26,436 nt of DNA. Origin: Nostoc sp. DedSLP01. Its GTDB lineage: Bacteria; Cyanobacteriota; Cyanobacteriia; Cyanobacteriales; Nostocaceae. The translations under genes and the position numbers were made by a program. Position 1 is the first letter of the stretch; every line of letters begins with the position of its first letter. The notes beneath the pieces were generated by a model. The model was not told where the DNA came from and ran no database searches. It worked only from the letters and a program-made list of their open reading frames with translations. Location of the stretch: assembly GCA_034530875.2 (NCBI GenBank), contig JAVRCJ020000065.1, forward strand, positions 1 to 26,436, in the 5' to 3' direction. Of this stretch, positions 18,600 through 26,436 are shown piece after piece.

Positions 18600-18627
18600 T
18601 TAGACCTCCTCGGGAGGCACAAGTTCC
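18600..18627 (-). promoter_or_regulatory. ECF (RpoE-type) promoter upstream of sigG, probably autoregulatory
   Basis: The minus strand reads GGAACTT-N15-GTCTAA, ending 33 nt upstream of the sigG ATG. Confidence 0.75.
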
Positions 18628-18935
18628 TTGCTAAGGTGACGGATTTATGACTGGAACACTGAGGCAGATAAGTTTCGTTAAATTTATAGCAATAAACAGA
18701 ACCCCTTTGTCCTTATACTGCTTGCATATTTCTCTTTCATCTCATCAGCGAACAAAGGCATACTAGATATGCACACTTCGCTTGTTTTTGCAACAGGGTA
18801 TATACGCTTGATTGAGATAAATAAATTTAGTTATAAGGATGAAGATGAAAATTGTGTAATGCTCGCTTCTTGATACCTTTAAAATTTAGGCAATACTTTG
18901 TGGAAGTTGGGTTCTTTAGTTAGGATAATAGCGGT

Positions 18936-19088
18936 CTATTTTTTAGATTTTGTGACCAAAATAGTTGCTGATTGTTCTGCTTCTAAGCCGTAACTAGTAC
19001 GAGAGTTATTTTGCTCTGGCAGGTGAACTTGAAAAAATAAATTGAGGGAAAATGTAATCGTGGCTGCTAGCAATAGTTTTTCAAACAT
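18936..19088 (-). CDS. Small hypothetical protein with an N-terminal hydrophobic segment (50 aa)
   Basis: MFEKLLLAATITFSLNLFF... from the ATG at 19088. I recall a small ORF at this position in Anabaena. Confidence 0.6.
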   Translation of the reverse strand: MFEKLLLAATITFSLNLFFQVHLPEQNNSRTSYGLEAEQSATILVTKSKK

Positions 19089-19361
19089 GGTTTTTATCCC
19101 GCCCACACCATTAATAATTGATTGCTGCATTTGCAAAGTTCCAGCAGAAAGTTTGAGCAGAGGTTTACAACCTCCTCAAAAGTTGAGGAATCTGATTCCT
19201 CACTGGGTATTTTGCTGCTGCGATAATGCATATAGGCTTAGTTTGCCCAGAGCTATTGGCAGATTAATAACACAAGTGATAAGTATTGATAAATTTTTAA
19301 TGAACGGATGATAAAGCTATGAAGTTGTTCGTTTGCATACGTCAGGGATAAACAATAGGCT

Positions 19362-20396
19362 ATGGCAATGGTAAGAAACGAATCTGTAGGGCGTATGGTA
19401 ATGTTGCTTTGCTTTGGCACGGCATTTTTATCTTTAGCTGTGCATTGGCGCATTACTACGGCACAACGGCAGTTTGAAAAATCGGCATCTGCTTCCATGC
19501 GGCCAGGTTCTAGCCTAACCAGCCCTCAGGGAAGCCAAAAAGAAGAAGACTATAAGAATTTCTCACCAGTGAGTTTAGGACAGGTGGCGCTGGGTGCATC
19601 TATGTCTCCTACCGAAAATACTCAAGGCTCAAGTGCCGATGGAGAATTAACACCAAAGTCTTCAGATACTCAGTCTCGTACTCAGTCAAAAAGAATTAAG
19701 AAGAATGTAGCTAAAGCAAGAGTTACCAAGTCTTCTAGACTTAAGACTCAAACGAAGTCGAAAAAAATTAAGAAAAAAGTAGCTAAAGTAACTCAGCCAA
19801 AAACTTCTAGGCTCAAGCCTTCTACTTTGAAGCCTGAAACGAAGCCTAAAACAATTAAACAAAATGTAGCTACTTCCATAGAACCACCAACCAAGACGCA
19901 ACTGGTGGCGCAAGCAGAAACACAAAATCCAATTGTGGACGCTTGGCCAAAAGTTTTATGGCCTCAAGCTTCAGCCCAACAAGTGCCATCTAATAAGTCA
20001 GTATCCGGTAAAACAAAAGTGGTGGTTGATTTAAGCGATCGCCGTACCTACGTATACGCAGGAGATGAAGTAATAGCTAGCTACCCAATTGCTGTAGGTA
20101 AGAAAGGTTGGGAAACACCTACGGGTTCTTTTCAAGTAATGCACATGCGACATTATCCAGTCTGGCGTCACCCGATTACTGGCAAAGTATTTGAAGCCGG
20201 AACTGATAGTCCTTTGGGAGACAGATGGATTGGCTTTTGGTCGGATGGACGCAATGAAATTGGCTTTCACGGCACACCGGATACAGATCTGGTAGGAACG
20301 GCTGTGTCCCACGGTTGCTTAAGAATGCGTAATCCTGATGTCAGATTATTGTACGAGCAAGTCAGTTTAGGAACAACAGTTGTAGTGCGTGAGTAA
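19362..20396 (+). CDS. L,D-transpeptidase (YkuD/ErfK family) with an N-terminal anchor and a Lys-rich linker
   Basis: Motifs VVVDLSDRR, YPIAVGKKGWETPTG, PLG.RWIGF and IGFHGT...SHGCLRM. Confidence 0.92.
   Translation: MAMVRNESVGRMVMLLCFGTAFLSLAVHWRITTAQRQFEKSASASMRPGSSLTSPQGSQKEEDYKNFSPVSLGQVALGASMSPTENTQGSSADGELTPKSSDTQSRTQSKRIKKNVAKARVTKSSRLKTQTKSKKIKKKVAKVTQPKTSRLKPSTLKPETKPKTIKQNVATSIEPPTKTQLVAQAETQNPIVDAWPKVLWPQASAQQVPSNKSVSGKTKVVVDLSDRRTYVYAGDEVIASYPIAVGKKGWETPTGSFQVMHMRHYPVWRHPITGKVFEAGTDSPLGDRWIGFWSDGRNEIGFHGTPDTDLVGTAVSHGCLRMRNPDVRLLYEQVSLGTTVVVRE
19656..19877 (+). repeat. Three imperfect in-frame 72-bp (24-aa) tandem repeats
   Basis: Units start at 19656, 19728 and 19800: KSSDTQSRTQSKRIKKNVAKARVT / KSSRLKTQTKSKKIKKKVAKVTQP / KTSRLKPSTLKPETKPKTIKQNVATS. 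Confidence 0.8.
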
Positions 20397-20450
20397 AATA
20401 AAAGTCATTGGTCATTAGTCATTGGTCATTAGTAGAGAAAAAAGACAAAT

Positions 20451-20580
20451 TACAGCAGATTGCAAGTAAGTGAGGTACAAGCTAGGACTGATTCATCAAA
20501 CATAAAGAGTTTCTTTCTACCTCCTGCCTCCTGCCTCAAAACCCGTAACTTTGTACCTTATGTAAATGAAAACTGCTGTA
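20451..20580. mobile_element. MITE-like element, 130 bp, TA-bounded
   Basis: Ends TACAGCAG...CTGCTGTA. The 30-bp terminal inverted repeats match at 23/30. Internal CTCCTGC heptamers. Confidence 0.75.
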
Positions 20581-20586
20581 TAAAGC

Positions 20587-20625
20587 ACAAAGTCTGAGTG
20601 TCGGTTTTTGACGCTCAGACTTTGT
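20587..20625. terminator. Hairpin between the convergent L,D-transpeptidase and cdgR genes
   Basis: ACAAAGTCTGAGTGTC pairs with GACGCTCAGACTTTGT (16 bp, one wobble). An A-run on the right gives a U-tail on the minus strand. Confidence 0.75.
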
Positions 20626-20670
20626 AAAAAGGAACAAATAACTGATGACTAATAACTAATGACTCTTAAA

Positions 20671-21210
20671 TCATAATTTTTGCTCAAAGTTCGGTGCATA
20701 GGCTCTAAGTAAAGCACCAACTTGGTCGAGAACTTCATTGCCAGTACTTTTGCCCAAAGCTTGGCGTTCTGGGAAGAAGCTAGGTCTATCTAAGTAACGA
20801 CCGATCGCTTCATTTACTTGCTGGGAAATTAGCTCTTGCAGTTCTGCTTGAGCGCGTTGGCGTTGATAGTTAGCGCCTTCTTCTGTTGTGGCATACAAGG
20901 GTGGGAGGCGATTGAGAGCGTAGGCTGCAATGTCACCAACATCCAAGGAACTTTCGCTGGTGGCTTCAATTTCGGCTACTCTGGCGATCGCTTCTGTGAG
21001 TACCAATTCTTCCATAACGTTAATGAATTGTTTTCGAGGTACCGCCACTACCTCACCAGTCAATAGCGCACCCATTAAGCGATCGAGCGCCATATACTCT
21101 TCAATCGAGAGTTCCGAAGCGTTGTCACAGATTCTACCGACTTCTGCTTCCATTGCCGGCGTCAAATAACCATCCTGGAGAGCTTGTTCTACGATTTTTT
21201 CAATACTCAT
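20671..21210 (-). CDS. cdgR: ComFB-domain protein, c-di-GMP receptor CdgR orthologue
   Basis: Motifs NVMEELV and DIAAYALNRLPPLYATTEEG (ComFB signature); ATG at 21210 (MSIEKIVEQ). The position between the M23 peptidase and the L,D-transpeptidase matches what I recall for Anabaena alr3277. Confidence 0.85.
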   Translation of the reverse strand: MSIEKIVEQALQDGYLTPAMEAEVGRICDNASELSIEEYMALDRLMGALLTGEVVAVPRKQFINVMEELVLTEAIARVAEIEATSESSLDVGDIAAYALNRLPPLYATTEEGANYQRQRAQAELQELISQQVNEAIGRYLDRPSFFPERQALGKSTGNEVLDQVGALLRAYAPNFEQKL

Positions 21211-21330
21211 AACGCTTATCATCATTTATGTTTAGCCAAGGGAGGTAGGGACGGTACCAATTCAATTTATTTTGCTTACTTTGGGCAAAAATATCCAAAT
21301 TATACACAGACGCGATCGATTCCGTCTCTA

Positions 21331-22266
21331 CTATTTCACGACCTTCGTTCGCCAAGGTGTCGGATCGACAGATAGCCCATTGACATATAAACCCCAGTGC
21401 AAATGCGGCCCCGTGGCTGCACCTGTTGAACCGACTGCGCCAATAAGTTGACCGGCTTTGACAATATCACCTTCTTTAACGTTAATGCGACTCAGGTGCA
21501 TGAAAATGCTGGTTACTCCCTGACCGTGGTCTATGCCAACTACGTTACCGTGAATCCGAAATCCTTGGGATACCCTACCTACCAAAGCAACTCGCCCAGC
21601 GGCTGGCGCAATCACGGGCGAACCGGCAGCGCCAGCGTAGTCAAGACCACGATGATAGTAGTCCTCTGCAAATTTACCATTATAGTAGCGACGTACACCA
21701 TAGTTTGTACTCATACGCCCTGCATTTGGTTTTAAGAATACTCCATTCCAAAACTTTTCTGGTGTTTGTAGCGCTTTAAAAGCTGCTACGCGTTTGAGTT
21801 CGTATTCGGTGGCGTCTACTCCAGCTTTACCTGGTGGTAAAGTAATTCGTTGTATGGGGAACTTGCGATTTTGTACATTTACCGCCAAGTTTTGCACCTG
21901 ACCATCTCCTGTCACCTGAACCGATCTAGTTCCAGCTTTTTCCAAGGGAGTTGTAGGAACAAAAGCTCGATACTGATTGGGTGCAATTTCAAATGCTGGA
22001 TAAGTATTTTTACCAGTAGCTACTGTTGGATTTGCAGCATTCTCCGGATTATCTAAACTAATTTCTACCGAAATTGTATCTCCTAATTTAGGATTAGTGG
22101 GGGCCACTTTTACTTGCAAAGCATCTACAGGCAATGCCCAAGTGATGCAGAGAAAAGCAAACATTCCCTTTAACAAATTTCTTGCACGACGATTACCTGT
22201 CAAACTTGCGACATTCATATCGGGCAAGTTATTGTTTGAATTTCTAGTGCGATTCTCAGTAATCAT
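21331..22266 (-). CDS. M23 family metallopeptidase, secreted
   Basis: HxxxD (HRGLD), HLS and HxH (GPHLHW) motifs, plus a hydrophobic signal-like segment. Confidence 0.92.
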   Translation of the reverse strand: MITENRTRNSNNNLPDMNVASLTGNRRARNLLKGMFAFLCITWALPVDALQVKVAPTNPKLGDTISVEISLDNPENAANPTVATGKNTYPAFEIAPNQYRAFVPTTPLEKAGTRSVQVTGDGQVQNLAVNVQNRKFPIQRITLPPGKAGVDATEYELKRVAAFKALQTPEKFWNGVFLKPNAGRMSTNYGVRRYYNGKFAEDYYHRGLDYAGAAGSPVIAPAAGRVALVGRVSQGFRIHGNVVGIDHGQGVTSIFMHLSRINVKEGDIVKAGQLIGAVGSTGAATGPHLHWGLYVNGLSVDPTPWRTKVVK

Positions 22267-22533
22267 AAAGCTACAAAAAAATCCTTTGCTTGTGTTGGAA
22301 ATTGACTAGGAGATTAATACTAGTGTTTCCTTTTGACAGCGGAGATTGTTGAAAGCCATAATTTTTTGTAACAAATCCTTTCAGCATTTATGGACACTAA
22401 GGAAATAGAGACCAGGTTTTCACAAAGGATGATTTGTAAGTGTAATTTTGTGAATTTGTATTAACTCTACTAACTAAAGTGTATGGCATTCTAATTGTTT
22501 GTAAAATTTAACTACATCGATCGCCAAAAGGCT

Positions 22534-22669
22534 CTATAGCAATCGAAACTTGATTTTTGAACTTATTGCATAGCTACAAACAAGGCTTAACCCTCATCTG
22601 TACAAAGCTAGGGAATGAGTCTTTTCCAGTTGCAAGCAAGTTTTTTCAAAAATCCAATTTTATCTATAG
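22534..22669. mobile_element. Degenerate MITE-like element
   Basis: CTATAGCAATC...GATTTTTGAA (22534..22561) is partly mirrored by TTCAAAAATC...CTATAG (22645..22669). Confidence 0.45.
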
Positions 22670-23278
22670 AAATAAATTTCTATAGGTATCCCTTGTTAGG
22701 CAGCAACAAAAGAAACCTTTTATAGTTAAACTCACCACATAATAGTACTTGAATAAAATCTGGTAATCAACTGGACACTTATTCAACTGGCTCCTCGCAC
22801 AGCAGCGCGAGACCGGGGTTAGTCTAAGTGAATCAGCTAAATCACAGGGAAAGTCCCAGAAAGAACCAGAAAAATCAAGACGATTAAAATTTTACATTAA
22901 TCTAGCTAGATTTACTATGTAATTTTTAATCTCTATCTACATAGTCATAACAGATTTTTTTAATGTTGGGAGATTAGATAGAAATTCAGTAATTCTACTT
23001 AAATTTTTTGTTTGAACTATTAAGGCTAAATAATCGAGTTTTAAGTTGAAAATTTCGAGTTTTAAAGCAAGATGCTCTTTAACTCCAATTTCCGTGATTT
23101 TATAGAATTTAGCTGAATTTTATCTGATTAATTCCTGGCAAATAAGTGGAAAGAGGTAAAAAACCCAATTCAAGTCATGTCTGCCCCTTTGCCCCGTCGT
23201 CTTATAGCCACCCGGATGCAGGAAAGAGTATTATGGTCTTTCAGTTCTTGTACAAAAGAAAGGCGCTGACTTCTAGCT

Positions 23279-23929
23279 ATGACGCTACAATTGCGGGTTT
23301 ACGTACCACCTCATCCCCTAATACAACACTGGCTGGCAGTCGCTCGTGATGCAGGTACGCCTTCGGTGTTATTCCGCAGTGCAATGACTGAGTTGGGAAG
23401 ATGGCTGACTTACGAAGCTGCGCGTGATTGGTTGCCAACCCAAGAAACAGCAGTGCAAAGTCCCTTGGATACCTGTGGGGCAACTGTAATCGATACACAG
23501 ATACCAGTGGCAGTAGTGCCGATTCTGCGGGCTGGACTGGGATTGCTTGAGGGAGCGCAAACTTTACTACCTTTGGCGTCGATTTATCATCTGGGATTGG
23601 CACGAGATGAAGAGACTCTGCAACCTCATTGTTATCTCAACAAGTTACCAGAAAAGTTTGATCCCCAAACACGAGTATTAATTACCGATCCGATGTTGGC
23701 AACCGGAGGGTCGATTATGGCAACAATGGCAGAATTAACACAGCGGGGTGTCGATCCAGCTCTAACGCGGATTGTTTGTGTAGTTGCGGCTCCACCAGCT
23801 TTGCAAAAGTTGAGCGCTACTTATCCAGGTTTGATAGTTTACACCGCTACTATTGATGAAAAACTTAATAGTCAAGGTTATATTGTACCGGGATTGGGAG
23901 ATGCAGGCGATCGCATCTTTGGAACTTAA
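23279..23929 (+). CDS. upp: Uracil phosphoribosyltransferase
   Basis: Motifs HPLI, VPILRAGL, DPMLATGGS and YIVPGLGDAGDRIFGT. Confidence 0.98.
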   Translation: MTLQLRVYVPPHPLIQHWLAVARDAGTPSVLFRSAMTELGRWLTYEAARDWLPTQETAVQSPLDTCGATVIDTQIPVAVVPILRAGLGLLEGAQTLLPLASIYHLGLARDEETLQPHCYLNKLPEKFDPQTRVLITDPMLATGGSIMATMAELTQRGVDPALTRIVCVVAAPPALQKLSATYPGLIVYTATIDEKLNSQGYIVPGLGDAGDRIFGT

Positions 23930-24000
23930 GTTAGTATGCAGCTAGGATAGATTCATGGCATAACTACTGTAATTGCAAGTTTGTTCAAGGCGGTAAAGAT

Positions 24001-24351
24001 ATGAGTCAGCGAGATGGTTTTGCCAGTGGTTTTTTAGCAGGGGCATTTGTCGGCAGCGTATTTGGCGGTGTCATCGGTGCGCTGATTGCTTCTCGACGCG
24101 ATACCCAATTGCTAGAAGAAGAAACAGAACAAACAGATAGCCAAGCCGAAGCTAAGAGAATAGCTGCAAAGCGTCGTCAGATGAAAGCCTCAGAAACTGA
24201 CAGCGCTACCATAGAAACGGCTCGGCGATCGCTAGAAGATAAAATTGCCCAGCTAAATGCCACAATTGATGATGTGCGCAAGCAACTGGGAAATGTAAAT
24301 GGTGGCTCACCGCAGACAATTGGCGATCGCCCCTTCACCAAAGAACAATAA
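24001..24351 (+). CDS. Conserved hypothetical protein (Gly-rich membrane segment plus coiled coil)
   Basis: GFLAGAFVGSVFGGVIG followed by ARRSLEDKIAQLNATIDDVR. Located in the upp-YggT cluster. Confidence 0.85.
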   Translation: MSQRDGFASGFLAGAFVGSVFGGVIGALIASRRDTQLLEEETEQTDSQAEAKRIAAKRRQMKASETDSATIETARRSLEDKIAQLNATIDDVRKQLGNVNGGSPQTIGDRPFTKEQ

Positions 24352-24478
24352 AGTTTCTTTGGAGGTGGTGAAAGTGCCAAGCGTGGTAAATGCTGAACGT
24401 GCAAACACCATGACATAGACTAAATTAAAATCAATAGATAAGACCGCGTTTGACACTTAGTAGGAAACCAAGCTATCT

Positions 24479-24742
24479 ATGGAATTACTGATTACCACTC
24501 TCGCTACTTTTACGCAAATTTATACTTTTCTGTTGTTGATTCGGGTTCTTTTAACCTGGTTTCCAACAATCAACTGGTATGACCAACCATTTGCCGCTTT
24601 GAGCCAAATCACAGACCCTTATCTGAATGTGTTTCGCTCATTCATTCCTCCACTGGGCGGCATCGATCTTTCGCCAATGTTAGCTATTCTACTGCTACAA
24701 TTTGTAGGCGGATTTATTACTCGTCTGGCCTACGTTGTCTAA
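24479..24742 (+). CDS. YggT/YlmG family membrane protein
   Basis: Motifs RVLLTWFP, ITDPYLNVFRSFIPPLGGIDLSP. Confidence 0.92.
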   Translation: MELLITTLATFTQIYTFLLLIRVLLTWFPTINWYDQPFAALSQITDPYLNVFRSFIPPLGGIDLSPMLAILLLQFVGGFITRLAYVV

Positions 24743-24776
24743 CACTGACTTTGCAATCTGTTCGATGTTCGATTAA

Positions 24777-24818
24777 AAAATTATAGGTCTGGGTTAACCA
24801 CCCCAGACCTATAATTTT
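24777..24818. terminator. Bidirectional intrinsic terminator
   Basis: Perfect 17-bp stem AAAATTATAGGTCTGGG / CCCAGACCTATAATTTT between convergent genes. Confidence 0.85.
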
Positions 24819-24845
24819 AAAATTTAGATCGCTCAGCACTATTCA

Positions 24846-25277
24846 TTACTTCCGCACTGGAGCGCTAAATCCAGCAGCCTTAAACTGTTTCAGCTTCAAT
24901 GGAGTAGGCTGATTTGCAGGCACAGAAATTCTCAATTCAAAATCGCTAACACCTGATGGTATCTCAGCGATCGAACCAAGACGGGTGCGATTTTGCATTA
25001 CTGAGTCATTGTTAGCATCATAGATGCGTCCATAAATATCTGCATCGTAGACTGTTTTATTAGTACCATTTTCTGCTTTGCCAGTGACAATAAAGCAATT
25101 AGCAGCAGCGCTACCACTACTAATAACAGCTCCTTGTGCCAGTTCTGCCGGACAATCCTTATAAGAAATATCGAATAATTTAATTTGTGTCAGCGCTAAA
25201 GCCGATGGAGTAAGCACCCACGATAGAAAAGTGATGACAAAAGAAATAAAAACAACCGTGAGCGAGCGTAGCTGCAT
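24846..25277 (-). CDS. Secreted hypothetical protein (beta-rich, one Cys pair)
   Basis: Signal peptide ending in ALA; DCPAE...NCFIVTG; 143-aa ORF. Confidence 0.8.
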   Translation of the reverse strand: MQLRSLTVVFISFVITFLSWVLTPSALALTQIKLFDISYKDCPAELAQGAVISSGSAAANCFIVTGKAENGTNKTVYDADIYGRIYDANNDSVMQNRTRLGSIAEIPSGVSDFELRISVPANQPTPLKLKQFKAAGFSAPVRK

Positions 25278-25415
25278 AAAATACCCCGTATTAATTCAAT
25301 AAATCATGTAACTTATAACCTCAGCTTACCTGAATTTCAGTACAGGGGAATTGGAGACTTTAATTTAACGTTTGTAATAATTAAGTAAACAAACCCACGA
25401 TTGCTATTAACTTTT

Positions 25416-26048
25416 ATGACACCAGATGAGATTGCAACAGCTATACAAGCAGCCTTTAATAGTTGTGATGCTGTAGGTTGTCCTCTCACTGACGCGCAGA
25501 AACAGATATTATTGCAATTAGTTGAGCAAATTCAGGAAAATTTTCACTCTGGGGCGTCAGATCTTACTAATCCCTTAGATGAGCTTACCTCAGAGGAGTT
25601 AGAAGTGTTTTTAGAGTTTGTTAAAACCCAGGAACAACGCAATCGTACCTGGAAAGTACAATTACTCAATGATTGGTTGCTGGGCAATGACTCTGGAACA
25701 GTACAATTTATTCGCGAACGCTACGGTTTAGAGTGGCTCAACCGTCTAGAGTCGTACCATTTTGATAAGTATTGTTATTTAGAAGATGCATTAAAGTTGA
25801 AAATAGGCGATCGCATTGAAGTTTGCAATGCATTATGGGAATGGGTGCAAGAAGATGGCCCGTGTAAACCGGAGTGGTTTCCATCCATTGTGATTCAAGT
25901 TGATGAAATTAGCGATGTCTACGACGGGCTACGCCTACGGAATAACTCGTCTACTAATTGCGTTGTCCGCTTCTTCAACGGCGCTGAGTATGAAATTCAA
26001 GGAATCTACGAATGGAATCGCTACAACTGGCGCTGGCCTCAGAAGTAG
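25416..26048 (+). CDS. Hypothetical protein carrying an in-frame 21-nt repeat insertion
   Basis: ORF 25401..26048; likely ATG at 25416 (MTPDEI). Contains a HIP1 site at 25807. Confidence 0.8.
   Translation: MTPDEIATAIQAAFNSCDAVGCPLTDAQKQILLQLVEQIQENFHSGASDLTNPLDELTSEELEVFLEFVKTQEQRNRTWKVQLLNDWLLGNDSGTVQFIRERYGLEWLNRLESYHFDKYCYLEDALKLKIGDRIEVCNALWEWVQEDGPCKPEWFPSIVIQVDEISDVYDGLRLRNNSSTNCVVRFFNGAEYEIQGIYEWNRYNWRWPQK
25917..25937 (+). repeat. 21-nt small dispersed repeat (SDR5-like) inside a HIP1-like site
   Basis: Reads GCGAT|GTCTACGACGGGCTACGCCTA|CGG. Removing the insert leaves GCGATCGG, one mismatch from HIP1. Confidence 0.75.
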
Positions 26049-26107
26049 TGGCGAGTAGAGACTGAGGAGTAAATCTCATTGAGTGTTTAAACTGCATGAA
26101 TGAGTCT

Positions 26108-26436
26108 TTATTGCTTGAACGAAGCCCAAGCTAAAAACCTCTCAGTATGATATAATGCTAATTGATTGCTTACACCATTAAAAACAGCATCAAAAGCGTG
26201 TTCTGCCCAAGGAATTTCTAGAAAAACCGCAGTGTTACCAGAGCCATGTAAACGTTCGTACATCTGTCTGCCAAATCGGGCTTTTACCACATGGTCGCGA
26301 CTGCCGTAAATTAATAAAGTTGGCGCTAAAGGATGCGTTAAATAATTTATCGGTGAAGCAATTTCATACTGTTTAGGCAATTCTTCTAACGAACCACCGA
26401 GAAATGCTTTCAAAACAGCACGGCTGTTAATAGGAT
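26108..26436 (-). CDS. Alpha/beta hydrolase (esterase/lipase-like), 3' part only
   Basis: Motifs ASPINY, PTLLIYGSRDHVV (catalytic Asp) and WAEHAFD (catalytic His). The frame is open to the window edge. Confidence 0.88.
   Translation of the reverse strand, partial: PINSRAVLKAFLGGSLEELPKQYEIASPINYLTHPLAPTLLIYGSRDHVVKARFGRQMYERLHGSGNTAVFLEIPWAEHAFDAVFNGVSNQLALYHTERFLAWASFKQ

Larger units (their letters stand above)
20403..20664. repeat. Inverted STRR heptamer tracts flanking a MITE and a hairpin
   Basis: (A/G)GTCATT x4 at 20403..20430, with complementary (T)GATGAC/TAATAAC/TAATGAC units at ~20640..20664. Confidence 0.75.
1215..25814. repeat. HIP1 octamers (GCGATCGC), 20 copies by manual count
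   Basis: Copies start at 1215, 1815, 3415, 4153, 4907, 6278, 7661, 8375, 8775, 9042, 9101, 10125, 17632, 18080, 20035, 20984, 23907, 24225, 24323 and 25807. Confidence 0.9.

Noticed and set aside
19116..19142. Second GGAACTT as a SigG promoter for the small ORF
   Set aside because: The best -10 candidate (ATCAAT) is 2 nt too close compared with the sigG promoter. It remains possible but is unsupported.
22791..22800. CTCCTCGCAC resembling the Yfr1 motif ACTCCTCACAC
   Set aside because: It has two mismatches to an essentially invariant motif and lacks the Yfr1 layout of a single-stranded motif between two hairpins.
1265..24416. Many short ORFs overlapping kdpA, kdpB, kdpD, phoA, leuS, sapG, the L,D-transpeptidase, cdgR, M23 and upp
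   Set aside because: They are antisense or alternate-frame shadows of well-supported genes and have no recognisable domains.

Overview
A chromosomal window from a cyanobacterium, most likely Nostocales: I counted 20 HIP1 (GCGATCGC) octamers by hand, and there are heptamer STRR tracts and SDR/MITE-type small repeats. Gene order from the left: a small membrane protein, a Tat-signal dienelactone hydrolase, DUF29, kdpA-kdpB-[degraded kdpG/kdpF-like remnant]-kdpC-short kdpD, an E. coli-type phoA and leuS. Next comes a ~2.5-kb accessory island with a divergent pair of small genes and an AT-rich, tightly coupled SAM-methyltransferase + AlkB-family dioxygenase pair. After it lie a gamma-glutamylcyclotransferase, sapG/sigG, a small ORF, an L,D-transpeptidase, cdgR (ComFB), an M23 peptidase, upp, a hypothetical gene, YggT, two more hypotheticals and a partial alpha/beta hydrolase. 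The best candidate for an undescribed system is the methyltransferase + AlkB ('writer/eraser') module. It sits beside leuS, whose start appears to have been rewritten with a new 9-residue N-terminus. All family calls come from motif recognition and memory; no database search was run.
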